From: an uncultured Gemmatimonadales bacterium
GTDB taxonomy: Bacteria; Gemmatimonadota; Gemmatimonadetes; Gemmatimonadales; GWC2-71-9
Assembly (NCBI GenBank): GCA_963705985.1
Contig: CAVPLK010000004.1
Span: forward strand, 200,173 to 264,172
DNA length: 64,000 nucleotides
Reading direction: 5' to 3'
Shown piece after piece: positions 1 to 8,852 of the stretch. Position 1 is the stretch's first letter; each line of letters begins with the position of its first letter. Under the pieces are notes generated by a model. That model was given only the letters and a program-made list of their open reading frames with translations. It searched no databases and was not told where the DNA came from. The position numbers and the translations under genes are program-made.

Positions 1-228
1 CGGTGTTCGGACCCGAGCTGGTGGAGCTCTTCCGTTCCATCAAGACCGCCTTCGATCCAGCCGGAATCCTCAACCCGGGGATCAAGCTCCCGGCCGGGGA
101 AGATGCCCATCGCTCGCCTCAAGGTCGGCGCCGCCGCCGCGAGCATTCCCGACGACATTGCCCGAGCCCTGCGGGACATCGAACGCACTGGCGGCTACGC
201 CCGCGCGCGCCTGGAGCTGGCCAGATGA
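1..228 (+). pseudogene. 3' end of an FAD-linked oxidase (GlcD-like) gene, cut by the window edge, apparent frameshift near 97-100
   Basis: Frame 3 reads [29 protein letters not shown], a typical FAD-oxidase C-terminal motif. A plausible tail ([40 protein letters not shown]) continues in frame 1 and stops at TGA 226-228, overlapping the thyA ATG (ATGA). The frame switch coincides with the GGGG run at 97-100. Confidence 0.4.
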
Positions 229-1019
229 AGCCCTACCTCGACCTCCTCTCCCGCATCCTCGACACCGGCGCCGCCAAGTCGGACCGAACAGGCACCGGCA
301 CACTCAGCGTGTTTGGTCACCAGATGCGGTTCGACCTGGCCGAGGGGTTTCCGCTGGTCACCACCAAGAAGCTCCACATGAAGTCGATCGTGTACGAGCT
401 GCTCTGGTTCCTGCGGGGAGACACCAACGTCAGGTACCTGCAGGAGCACGGCGTCAGCATCTGGGACGACTGGGCCGACCCGTCTGGCGAACTGGGCCCG
501 GTATACGGACGGCAGTGGCGCTCGTGGCCCACGCCGAACGGCGGGCACATCGACCAGATCACGCAGGTCGTCGAGGAAATCCACCGGAACCCCGATTCCC
601 GGCGGCTCATCGTGAGCGCCTGGAACCCCGCCGACATTCCCGACATGGCGCTGGCCCCCTGCCACGCCCTCTTCCAGTTCTACGTGGCCGACGGCCGCCT
701 CTCCTGCCAGCTCTACCAGCGGAGCGCCGACGCCTTCCTCGGCGTGCCGTTCAACATTGCCAGCTACGCCCTCCTGACCCTGATGGTGGCGCAGGTGACC
801 GGGCTCCGGCCCGGGGAGTTCATCCATACCTTCGGGGACGCCCACCTATATACCAACCATCTGGACGGGGCCCGGCTCCAGCTGTCGCGGACCCCGCGGC
901 CCCTGCCGACGATACGCCTGAACCCCGCCGTCACCTCCCTCTTCGATTTCCGCTTCGAGGACTTCGAGGTCGTCGGCTACGACCCGCACCCCCACATCCC
1001 CGGCAAGGTGGCGGTGTGA
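225..1019 (+). CDS. thyA: thymidylate synthase
   Basis: MKPYLDLL...[19 protein letters not shown]...[10 protein letters not shown]...[12 protein letters not shown]...[21 protein letters not shown]. This is full-length ThyA (264 aa) with the catalytic Cys motif PCH. Confidence 0.97.
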   Translation: MKPYLDLLSRILDTGAAKSDRTGTGTLSVFGHQMRFDLAEGFPLVTTKKLHMKSIVYELLWFLRGDTNVRYLQEHGVSIWDDWADPSGELGPVYGRQWRSWPTPNGGHIDQITQVVEEIHRNPDSRRLIVSAWNPADIPDMALAPCHALFQFYVADGRLSCQLYQRSADAFLGVPFNIASYALLTLMVAQVTGLRPGEFIHTFGDAHLYTNHLDGARLQLSRTPRPLPTIRLNPAVTSLFDFRFEDFEVVGYDPHPHIPGKVAV

Positions 1020-1513
1020 GCATCGCCCTGGTCGTGGCCGTCGCCGAGAACGGCGTCATCGGCCGGGACAACGCCCTGCCCTGGCGGCTCTCCGCCGACC
1101 TCCGCCGGTTCAAGGCGCTCACCCTGGGGCACACCGTCATCATGGGACGGAAGACCTTCGAGTCGATCGGGAAGGGACTGACCGGCCGACGGAACCTCGT
1201 CGTGAGCCGGAATCCGGAATTCCGCCCCGAAGGCGCCACTCGCGTACCGACCCTCGAGGCGGCGTTCACCGAGGCCGGCCCGACCGGCGAGGTGTTCGTG
1301 ATCGGCGGCGCCGACATCTACCGCCAGGCGATGCCGCGCGCCGAGAAGATCTACCTGACCCTGGTGCACGCCTCCCCCGAGGGGGACGCGCACTTCCCTC
1401 TCCCCGAGGGAAACGAGTGGGCGCTGGTCTCGACGGAACTCCGTGGCGCGGACGACAGGAACGAATTCTCCTCAGAGTTTCGGGTATACAAACGGAAAAG
1501 GACTGAGGACTGA
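1016..1513 (+). CDS. folA: dihydrofolate reductase
   Basis: GTG at 1016 overlaps the thyA stop (GTGA). [52 protein letters not shown]...[10 protein letters not shown] is a DHFR signature. The long upstream part of ORF 158..1513 is an out-of-frame overlap with thyA. Confidence 0.95.
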   Translation: MSIALVVAVAENGVIGRDNALPWRLSADLRRFKALTLGHTVIMGRKTFESIGKGLTGRRNLVVSRNPEFRPEGATRVPTLEAAFTEAGPTGEVFVIGGADIYRQAMPRAEKIYLTLVHASPEGDAHFPLPEGNEWALVSTELRGADDRNEFSSEFRVYKRKRTED

Positions 1514-1575
1514 GGACTGAGAACAGCCGATCATACCGACCTCAGTCCTCAGTCCCCAGTCCTCAGTCCTAAGTC
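1501..1575. repeat. Heptamer tandem repeats arranged as a long inverted repeat at the folA 3' end
   Basis: GACTGAG x3 (1501-1521, containing the folA stop), a 19-nt spacer, then CTCAGTC-like x5 (1541-1575: ctcagtc ctcagtc cccagtc ctcagtc ctaagtc). The arms can pair over about 21 bp with one mismatch. Confidence 0.8.
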
Positions 1576-1711
1576 CTCCATCCCAACTTCAGTCCACCAA
1601 TCCGCCAAAAATCTATTGTGCTTCGCTCCCCTTTTTCTTAACTTAGTGTCCGACAACAGCAAGCACGTCGGCTCGCCGCAATTCGGTGGCAGCTTTTTTT
1701 AGGGGGAGTGT

Positions 1712-2818
1712 TTGGGAGTTCGTATCGGACTCGCCTACAACCTGAAGCCCCAAGCCGCAGCGATCGCTGGGGGAGACTTCGCCTCCCCTGTCGACCGGAA
1801 CACCGCCCTCCGCGCCCTCCGTACCGATCTCGACCAACCCGATCTCTACGCCGAGTGGGACGAACCCGGCACTATCGACGCCATCGAGCGCGCGTTGCAG
1901 CCGCTCGGCCAGGTCATTCGCCTGGAGGCCGACGCTTCGTTCCCGCAGAAGCTGGCCGATGCCCGTCCCGATTTCGTGTTCAACATTGCCGAAGGGCTCT
2001 ACGGCCCGAACCGCGAGGGGCACGTCCCCGCCATCTGCGAGTTCTACGGCATTCCCTGTCACGCCTCCGACCCGCTCGCACTCGGTCTCGCCCTCCACAA
2101 GGGGCGGGCCAAGGAGACGATGGTGGCGCGCGGCGTCCCGACGGCGCCGTTCCGGATCGCCGAGTCGGTGGCCGACGCCGCCACCTGCACCCTCCCCTTC
2201 CCGGTATTCGTCAAGCCGGCCTGCGAGGGATCGGGCAAGGGAATCACGGTCGACAACCTCTGCCACGACCGCGACGCCCTGGTCGGCCGGGTCGAGCACC
2301 TCCTGACCACCTACCGTCAGCCGGTACTCATCGAAGCCTGGCTGCCGGGCGCCGAGTTCACCGTCGCCGTGCTCGGCAACGGCGCCGAGGCGCGCTGCCT
2401 CCCAATCGTGGCCATGGACTACGCCGACCTCCCCGAGGGGGCCCCGCCCATCTACGGCTACGAGGCGAAGTGGCTCTGGGACACCCTCGACAATCCGCTC
2501 GACATCTATCAGTGCCCCGCGCCGATCCCGGAATCGCTGGCGCGCCGGATCCGTGAGGCTTCCCTCGGTGCCTACCACGCCCTCGGCTGCCGGGACTGGT
2601 GCCGGATCGACGTCCGCTGCGACGCCGACGGCAACCCGATGATCGTCGAGCTGAACCCGCTGCCGGGCGTCCTCCCCGATCCGCGCGACAATTCCTGCTT
2701 CCCCAAGGCGGCGCGGGCGGCCGGCCTGGACTACGACGAGCTGATCCAGACAGTGGCCGACATCGCCTGGCGGCGGATCACCGGCGGTCGGCGGCTCCTT
2801 GCCGAGGTCGCGGCGTGA
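1712..2818 (+). CDS. ATP-grasp ligase, D-Ala-D-Ala ligase-like family (paralog 1)
   Basis: TTG start after GGGGGAG. RIGLAYNLK...EWDEPGTIDAIERAL...DFVFNIAEG...PVFVKPACEGSGKGI...IVELNPLPG is the pre-ATP-grasp plus ATP-grasp pattern of the Ddl family. Confidence 0.85.
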   Translation: MGVRIGLAYNLKPQAAAIAGGDFASPVDRNTALRALRTDLDQPDLYAEWDEPGTIDAIERALQPLGQVIRLEADASFPQKLADARPDFVFNIAEGLYGPNREGHVPAICEFYGIPCHASDPLALGLALHKGRAKETMVARGVPTAPFRIAESVADAATCTLPFPVFVKPACEGSGKGITVDNLCHDRDALVGRVEHLLTTYRQPVLIEAWLPGAEFTVAVLGNGAEARCLPIVAMDYADLPEGAPPIYGYEAKWLWDTLDNPLDIYQCPAPIPESLARRIREASLGAYHALGCRDWCRIDVRCDADGNPMIVELNPLPGVLPDPRDNSCFPKAARAAGLDYDELIQTVADIAWRRITGGRRLLAEVAA

Positions 2819-3822
2819 GGGTTGCCCTCCTCCATGATGGCGGCAGCGACGAGTGGAGCGCGGCCGACGTCGCCGCCGTCCTCGCCAATGTCCGGGAAAT
2901 CGAGGGGATCCTGAAGGCGGCGGGCCACGCCACCGAGATGATCCCGGTGTACCTGGCGGACCTCGGCTGGATGGAGCGCTGCCAGAAGGCCGATCTGGTC
3001 TTCAACCTCTGCGAGGGCATCAACGGCCACGCGCGGTTCGAGGACTACGTGGTGGCCGCGCTCGAGCTGACCCGGGTGCCGTTTACCGGGTGCCGCTCCT
3101 GGCCGATCACGATCTGCCACCGGAAGCATGTGGCCAACACCCTCCTCCGGGAGGAGGGGCTCCCGGTCCCGGCCTTCGCGCTGGTGCACGAGCCGGTGGT
3201 ACCCGAGGGGCTGCGGTTCCCGGTCATCGTCAAGCCGTCAATGGAAGACGCCAGTGTCGGCATCGACGAAGGGTCCGTCTGCCACACCCCAGCGGCGCTC
3301 CTCGAACGGCTCGCCAAGGTGACAGCCACCTGGGAAGACGTCCTGGTGCAGGAGTATGTGGAAGGGCGCGAATTCAACGTCGGCTTCGTGGGGACCACCG
3401 CCCTGCCGATTTCCGAAATCGATTTTACCGGGCTCGGCGAAGGCAAGCCGCCCATCGTGACCTACGCCGCCAAGTGGAATGCGGGCAGCGACTACGACCT
3501 GCACACCATACCGGTCTGCCCCGCCAAGGTGGACCAGGCAACGGCAAAAAAGCTGGTAAGTGTTGCAGAACGCGCGTGGCGCGCTCTGGCAAAGTGCGAG
3601 GGATATGGACGAGTGGACCTGCGGCTCGATGCCGACGGCACGCCGTGGGTACTCGAACTGAATCCCGATCCTGACCTCTCGAGCGACGCCGGACTGGCGC
3701 GCATGGGTCGGGCATTCGGATGGGATTACTCGGCGCTGGTCCTCCAGATCGCCGACGAAGCGTTGGAGCGGGGCCGGATCGCGCTCGCGGAGGGCGCCCT
3801 TTCGGGGCGAGTCACTTCGTGA
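2815..3822 (+). CDS. ATP-grasp ligase, D-Ala-D-Ala ligase-like family (paralog 2)
   Basis: GTG 2815 overlaps the upstream stop (GTGA). VRVALLHDG...DLVFNLCEG...PVIVKPSMEDASVGI...VLELNPDPD has the same architecture as the upstream gene. The N-terminal part of ORF 2599..3822 is rejected as an overlap. Confidence 0.85.
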   Translation: MRVALLHDGGSDEWSAADVAAVLANVREIEGILKAAGHATEMIPVYLADLGWMERCQKADLVFNLCEGINGHARFEDYVVAALELTRVPFTGCRSWPITICHRKHVANTLLREEGLPVPAFALVHEPVVPEGLRFPVIVKPSMEDASVGIDEGSVCHTPAALLERLAKVTATWEDVLVQEYVEGREFNVGFVGTTALPISEIDFTGLGEGKPPIVTYAAKWNAGSDYDLHTIPVCPAKVDQATAKKLVSVAERAWRALAKCEGYGRVDLRLDADGTPWVLELNPDPDLSSDAGLARMGRAFGWDYSALVLQIADEALERGRIALAEGALSGRVTS

Positions 3823-4319
3823 CGCGGGCGGCGGTTGCCGGACGGCTCCGGGGGCTGACCACCGCCGACCGGAGCCGACTCGAGGAAATCACGCGGGCGG
3901 TCGGGCTCTTTCGAGACGACGAAGTGCCCGTGGCGCTGGAGGTCTTCGACGCCGCGGTGGCCGGCAGCCCGGACTACACGGCGCTCGGTGTCGAGGTGGA
4001 CGGTCGGCTGGCGGGCTGGATCTGCTGGGGACCGACCCCCTGCACCGTGGCCACCTGGGATCTCTACTGGATGGCGGTCGATCCGGCGCAGCACGGGCTC
4101 GGACTCGGCACGCTTCTGGTAGAGGAGATGGAGCGGCGCCTCGCGGGTGCGGCGCGGCTCATAGTGGTCGAGACGGCGGGCCGGGCGGACTACGCACCGA
4201 CACGCGCCTTCTACGAGGCCCGGGGGTACCGGGCCGTCGGATTGATCCCGGATTTCTACGCGCCGGGAGACGACCAGGTGACGTTCGTGAAGTACTTCGA
4301 GGTCCCCGCAACAACCTGA
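3819..4319 (+). CDS. GNAT family N-acetyltransferase
   Basis: GTG 3819 overlaps the upstream stop (GTGA). WMAVDPAQHGLGLGTLLVEEMERRL...AFYEARGY is the GNAT motif A/B region. Confidence 0.8.
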   Translation: MTRAAVAGRLRGLTTADRSRLEEITRAVGLFRDDEVPVALEVFDAAVAGSPDYTALGVEVDGRLAGWICWGPTPCTVATWDLYWMAVDPAQHGLGLGTLLVEEMERRLAGAARLIVVETAGRADYAPTRAFYEARGYRAVGLIPDFYAPGDDQVTFVKYFEVPATT

Positions 4320-4334
4320 GGATGGGGTACTGGC

Positions 4335-5510
4335 ATGGAGACTTGGCAGGAAGTCCTGCGTAAGAACTCGATCGCGTCGCTCGACACGCTCGCCAGCCGG
4401 TTTGGTGCCGAGAACTTCCCCGAGCTCGACCGACTCCGCCTGGCCGCGGAGAATTTCGAGTTCCGGATCTCGCCGGCGATGGTGGACCTGATCAAGTCCC
4501 CCGACGACCCGATCTGGCGCCAGTACGTGCCCACCGTCCAGGAGCTCGAGGTCCACGACGGCATCGTGGACTCGCTCAACGAGGACGAGGACAGCCCGGT
4601 GCCGAACATCACGCACCGCTATCCCGACCGGGCGCTCTTCCTGGTCAGCCCGGTCTGCGCCAGCTACTGCCGGTTCTGCACCCGGCGGCGCAAGGTGGGC
4701 GACCCCGAGAAGATCCCGATGTCGCAGTTCGAGTCGGCCTTCCAGTACCTGGAGAGCCCACACCGAAATCCGCGACGTCATCATGTCGGGCGGCGATCCG
4801 CTGCTCCTCAACGACCGGCGACTGGACGCCATTCTGTCCCGGCTGCGGAGCATCAAGCACATCGAGATCATCCGGATCGGGAGCCGCGTCCCCTGCCACC
4901 TGCCCGGAGCGGATCACGCCCGAGCTCTGTGCCACGATCAAGAAGTACCATCCGGTGTGGATCAACACCCACTTCAACCACCCCGACGAACTGACGCCGG
5001 CGGCGGTGAAGGGCCTCGGCATGCTGGCCGACGCCGGCATCCCGCTCGGCTGCCAGACGGTGCTCCTCCGGGGGGTCAACGACACCCCCGAGGTCATGAA
5101 GCAGCTGATGCACCGGCTGATGCTGGCCCGGGTGCGGCCCTACTACATCTACATGGCCGACCAGGTGGCCGGCGCCGAGCATTTCCGGACCAGCGTCCAG
5201 ACCGGCATCCAGATCATGGAGTCGCTGCGGGGCTGGACCAGCGGCCTGGCCAACCCGCAGTTCGTCATCGACGCCCCGGGCGGCGGCGGGAAGATCCCCC
5301 TGCTCCCCGAGTACGTCATTTCGATGAACGACGAGGAGGTGGTGCTCCGGAACTTCGCGGCGACCAGTTCGTGTACAGCAGCCCAACGAGGAAGAGGCGA
5401 TGGTGGCGATGGGCCGCCGCACCGATCCCGAGTATCTCTTCCAGCCGACGTTGCAGTTGAAGAAGCCGGCGAAGCGAACCAGCAAGACAGCGAAGCGAAA
5501 GCTGGCCTGA
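4335..5510 (+). pseudogene. KamA-family radical-SAM amino-acid 2,3-aminomutase, four frameshifts as assembled
   Basis: [28 protein letters not shown] (CxxxCxxC), then [72 protein letters not shown]. These segments lie in frames 0>1>2>1>0. The switches are at CCC 4757-4759 (+1), CCC 4903-4905 (+1), about 5356 (-1) and about 5382-5384 (-1). The stop is TGA 5508-5510. Confidence 0.85.
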
Positions 5511-5534
5511 GGCGTCGACAGCGCCGTTTCATCA

Positions 5535-5600
5535 GGTGCGGGCGTGAGCCCGCACCGTCCTGGAAGAGCCCGCCCGGCCGTTGCCGGGCGGGATTTTTCT
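5535..5600 (+). terminator. Two tandem hairpins after the aminomutase gene; the second is a canonical rho-independent terminator
   Basis: GGTGCGGGC-gtga-GCCCGCACC (5535-5556). Then CCCGCCCGGC-cgtt-GCCGGGCGGG followed by ATTTTTCT (5569-5600). Confidence 0.8.
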
Positions 5601-5664
5601 ATCCCTCTTGCCCTGCGTCACGCGGGGTTGAACGTTTGTAGGGAACCTGCATCGGAGGGGAGCC

Positions 5665-5973
5665 ATGGCGCTCGGCGGCAAGAGCTGGGAGGAGTGGATT
5701 GCGCAGTACGCCACCAGTCACCAGCACCCGGTCAACCGGGTGTGCCACACCATCGGCATCCCGCTGATCGTGGCCTCCATTCTGTTGCTCGTCCCGTCGA
5801 TCTGGATGCGCAGGCCTCTGGAAACTGGCCGCTGAGGCTCTTCGTGGTCGGGCTGGATCTTTCAGTTCATCGGCCATGCCTTCGAGGGGAAACCGCCCGA
5901 GTTCTTCAAGGACTGGCGATTCCTGTTCGTGGGCCTTCGCTGGTGGGTGGCCAAGCTGCAGGGCCGGACGTGA
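5665..5973 (+). pseudogene. DUF962 (Mpo1-like) small membrane protein, reading frame disrupted around 5810-5855
   Basis: GGAGGGGA RBS then ATG 5665. WEEWIAQYATSHQHPVNRVCHTIGIPLIV...WIFQFIGHAFEGKPPEFFKDWRFLFVGLRWW. The start frame has an in-frame TGA at 5833. Plausible sequence (LWKLAA, RLFVVG) sits in the other two frames between 5813 and 5852. Confidence 0.6.
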
Positions 5974-6825
5974 GGCTCTCCCGGCGGGAATTCATGCTTC
6001 GTCCGGGGCCGCCGGCCTCGGCGTCGCCCTGCCCCGTTCCCTCCTCGACCCCGACGCCGACAAGCTCAAGCGCATCGGCATCCAGCTCTACACCGTCCGG
6101 CAGGCGCTGGACGCCGACTTTGCCGGCACGCTGGAACGGCTCGCGGCCATCGGATACCAGGAGGTGGAGTTCGCGTGGAACCGCGGGACCTCCCCCTCGG
6201 ACACGAAGGAGATCCTGGCGAACGACTGGACTGACGGCTCCAGCGGTGCACCTCGTCCGTCGACGAATTCGAGTCGGGATGGAGCACCACCGTCGCCGCG
6301 CGCGCGGACTTTGGGGGGTCGAGTACCTGGTCCTCGCCTGGATCGACGCCGGGCAGCGGAAGACGCTCGACGATTATCACGCGGTGGGCCGAGCGGTTCA
6401 ACCGGTACGGGAAGGTGGCCCGCGAGGCGGGGTTCAGGTTCGCCTACCACAACCACGCCGCCGAACTGACGCCGATTGACGGCGAGATCCCCTACGACAT
6501 TCTGCTCGCGCGAGACGGACCCCGCGCACGTGATCGGCTTCGAGATGGACATCTACTGGGTGCTGGCGGGCGGTGGCGATCCCCTCGCCTATTTCGCCAA
6601 GTGGCCCGGGCGGCTTCCCGCTGCTGCACGTCAAGGGACGCGCCGCGGATGGCACGATGGTCGACGTCGGTGCCGGGTACCGTGGACTGGGCAGCCATCT
6701 TTGCCCACGCGAAGCAGGCTGGCGTCCGCCACAGCTTCGTCGAACACGATGACGCCACCGACCCCTTCGCCTCGGCGGCCGCCAGCTACGCCTACCTCCG
6801 ACAACTGCGGTTCAAGAATGAATAG
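5970..6825 (+). pseudogene. Tat-signal sugar phosphate isomerase/epimerase (xylose isomerase-like TIM barrel), about 9 frameshifts as assembled
   Basis: GTG 5970 overlaps the DUF962 stop. The Tat motif SRREFML is present. The pieces KRIGIQLYTVRQAL, GYQEVEFA, GLTAPAVHL, DEFESGWSTTVAA, EYLVLAWIDAGQRKTLDDYHAV, ERFNRYGKVAREAGFRFAYHNHAAEL, DPAHVIGFEMDIYW, FPLLHVK and TVDWAAIF...FVEHDD are spread over all three frames. 856 nt minus 8 insertions plus 1 deletion gives 849 nt, which is divisible by 3. Confidence 0.7.
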
Positions 6826-7910
6826 GCTCCTCGGCACATTGCTCCTGCTCCTCGTCGTGGCGGCTCCCGCCAGCGCCCAGTCCCCCCGACGGCACAACGT
6901 GGTCCTCATCGTGACCGACGGCTTCCGCTGGCAGGAGCTCTTCGGCGGCGCCGACCCGGCGCTCAACAACGCCGAGTACGGCGGCGTCGAGGACACCGCC
7001 GCGCTGCGGCGCGCCTTCCTGGTGGGCGACGCGGAGGCCAACCGCCGGGCGCTGATGCCGTTCATGTGGAGTGTCATCGCGAACCGAGGGCAGCTCTTCG
7101 GGGACCGGGCCCTCGGCAGCGATGTCGTGGTGACCAACGGGTACAAGTTCTCGTATCCCGGCTACAACGAGATGCTGACCGGCAAGGCCGACCCCCGCAT
7201 CGACCGGAACGACTACGGCCCCAACCCGAACGTGACGGTGTTCGAGTGGCTGGCGGGGCAGCCGGAATTCGCGGGACAAGGTGGCGGCGTTCGGCACCTG
7301 GGACGCGTTCGCGTCGATCTTTAACCAGGACCGCGCCCCGATGTGGGTCCGAGCCGGCTGGGATCCGCCATTTCCCGGCGACACCGCCCCTCGCCGAGTT
7401 CTGCTCGACACTCTCTACGCCACCACCACCCGCGTCTGGCAGGAAATGCCGTACGACGCCTTCATGCAGGCAGTGGTCATGGACTACGTCCAAACCGAGC
7501 GGCCCCAGGTGCTCTACATCGGCTATGGCGAGACCGACGAGTGGGCCCACGAAGGCCGATACGACCAGTACCTGGCCTCGGCGCACCGGGTGGACGGGTT
7601 CATCCGCGATCTCTGGAATACGATGCAGTCACTGCCAGAGTATGCCGACATGACGACCTTCATCATCACCACCGATCACGGGCGCGGGAGCGGGTTGAAG
7701 GCGTGGCGCAATCACGGCGCCAAGGTCGAAGGCGCGGAGTACATCTGGGTGGCGGTGCTTGGCCCCGAAACCCCGGGCCTCGGCGTCCGGCACAACCTGC
7801 CGGAGTTGACGCAGGCGCAGATCGCAGCGACGGTGGCGGCGGCGGTGGGGATGGATTGGGTGGCCGAGTCCGGCGCGGCGCCGCGGCTGCCGGTGTTTCG
7901 GAGTCGGTAA
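6818..7910 (+). pseudogene. Secreted alkaline-phosphatase-superfamily enzyme (type I phosphodiesterase-like), one frameshift near 7280
   Basis: Signal peptide MNRLLGTLLLLLVVAAPASAQ. VVLIVTDGFRWQE...FIITTDHGRGSG...WRNHG. The frame changes 2>0 at QPEFAGQ|VAAFGTWD. Confidence 0.7.
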
Positions 7911-7947
7911 CAGAAGCTCACGCGAAGGCGCGAAGCCGCGAAGGACG

Positions 7948-7987
7948 TCCCCCCTCTCCGCTTGCCGGAGAGGGGGACAGGGGGTGA
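7948..7987 (+). repeat. Intergenic hairpin element, family 1, copy A
   Basis: tCCCCCCTCTCC-gcttgcc-GGAGAGGGGGa-CAGGGGGTGA. It lies between convergent genes. The same element recurs at 8774-8815 and, inverted, at 12501-12543. Confidence 0.85.
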
Positions 7988-7995
7988 CATCTCGC

Positions 7996-8607
7996 CTAGA
8001 ACACGAACATCACCCCGCCACTGAGTTCCCCCTGCGTGAAGAAGACCCCGTCGGAGGATGTAATGACGCAGTAGCCCGGCAGGCTGCACCAGAACTCGGT
8101 GTTGGAGGAGAGGGTGCTCATCCAGAGCCGTATCTGGGCGCGGAAGCCGATGTGCTGGTTCACCCAGGTCTTGAGTCCGAGCGCGCCACCGAAGGAGAAG
8201 ACCCATTCGTCGCCGAGGTCGTCGTTCTGCGGGGCAAGGTGGGTCCCGCCCACGGTCAGGGCAAAGAACGGCTTGGTGTTCGGGTTGTTGCCGAACTCGA
8301 GTGCGCCGCCGATCTGGAGATATTCGATAGCGGCGTCGCCCACGGTGTATTTCCCGGCGGTGTCGGGCTTGAAGTCGATGCTGGTGGATTGCCGGCTGTA
8401 GACCAGCTCCACCAGCCCGTCACGCTTGACGCGAAACCCGATGGTTCCGCCCCAGGCGAGGTTGTCATTGGCCGAGAACTGGCCGGTCTCGCCGTTGACG
8501 GTGCCGCCAAAGCGGTAACCGATGGTGGGCGCAATCTCGAAGCTGGACTGCGCAGCGAGAGGTGAAGCGGCAATCAACAACATCCCGACAATCCCGAACC
8601 GTTGCAT
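7996..8607 (-). CDS. Outer-membrane beta-barrel protein (OmpW/porin-like)
   Basis: Signal peptide MQRFGIVGMLLIAASPLAAQ, alternating beta-strand pattern, C-terminal ...GGVMFVF (aromatic terminus). The start is taken at the second Met of the ORF. Confidence 0.75.
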   Translation of the reverse strand: MQRFGIVGMLLIAASPLAAQSSFEIAPTIGYRFGGTVNGETGQFSANDNLAWGGTIGFRVKRDGLVELVYSRQSTSIDFKPDTAGKYTVGDAAIEYLQIGGALEFGNNPNTKPFFALTVGGTHLAPQNDDLGDEWVFSFGGALGLKTWVNQHIGFRAQIRLWMSTLSSNTEFWCSLPGYCVITSSDGVFFTQGELSGGVMFVF

Positions 8608-8687
8608 GGATACCCCATTCAATAGTCATGAGTCCGTCCAAAGAATACGCGAACCGATCCTTCGGGAGGAGTCCTTTGCGCCGCTTT

Positions 8688-8723
8688 GCGTCTTTGCGGT
8701 GAAGCGCAGTTGACGCAAAGACG
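8688..8723. repeat. Perfect 11-bp-stem hairpin
   Basis: GCGTCTTTGCG-gtgaagcgcagttga-CGCAAAGACGC, flanked by CGCGAAG-type short repeats that also occur at 7921-7945 and 8877-8895. Confidence 0.7.
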
Positions 8724-8773
8724 CCAAGAAGCGCGAAGGGCGCAATGAACGATTGGGTGGCGCTGGCGCGGCG

Positions 8774-8815
8774 TCCCCCCTCTCCATATCATGGAGAGGG
8801 GGACAGGGGGTGAGG
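8774..8815 (+). repeat. Intergenic hairpin element, family 1, copy B
   Basis: tCCCCCCTCTCC-atatcat-GGAGAGGGGGa-CAGGGGGTGAgg. The stem and tail match copy A; the loop differs. Confidence 0.85.
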
Positions 8816-8820
8816 TGAAA

Positions 8821-8852
8821 GAAGCGGGGAAGCGGGGAAGCGGGGAAGCGGG
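8821..8852 (+). repeat. Tandem octamer array GAAGCGGG x4 (G-quadruplex-type motif)
   Basis: gaagcggg gaagcggg gaagcggg gaagcggg, read directly. GGG(G) tracts are separated by 4-5 nt. Confidence 0.85.

Noticed and set aside
158-1015. N-terminal extensions of ORFs 158..1513, 2599..3822, 3720..4319, 15209..16510, 12619..14382 and 55410..58322.
   Set aside because: Only the distal parts carry family motifs. The extensions overlap the preceding gene in another frame, and GTG, TTG or ATG starts with GTGA/ATGA coupling or an RBS give normal-length proteins.
3726-4871. Long antisense or out-of-frame ORFs throughout the window (for example 3726..4871-, 8874..10082-, 11236..12528-, 21197..23182-, 37645..39168+, 39538..40896-, 39975..41549-, 42108..44468-, 42635..44620+, 45989..47872-, 48002..49546-, 51540..53261-, 56046..57932+).
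   Set aside because: They overlap genes with strong family motifs on the other strand or frame. Their translations are Arg/Pro/Gly/Ala-rich low-complexity strings typical of stop-codon-poor high-GC DNA, and no motif is recognisable in them.
4755-5390. Programmed ribosomal frameshifting in the aminomutase gene.
   Set aside because: There are four shifts in both directions, and I saw no slippery heptamer or downstream pseudoknot. Identical C/G-run indels occur in unrelated neighbouring genes.
5833-5835. In-frame TGA in the DUF962 gene as selenocysteine or programmed recoding.
   Set aside because: Plausible protein sequence runs through the other two frames around it, so compensating indels are the simpler explanation. 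The neighbouring genes show the same indel pattern. I made no SECIS evaluation.
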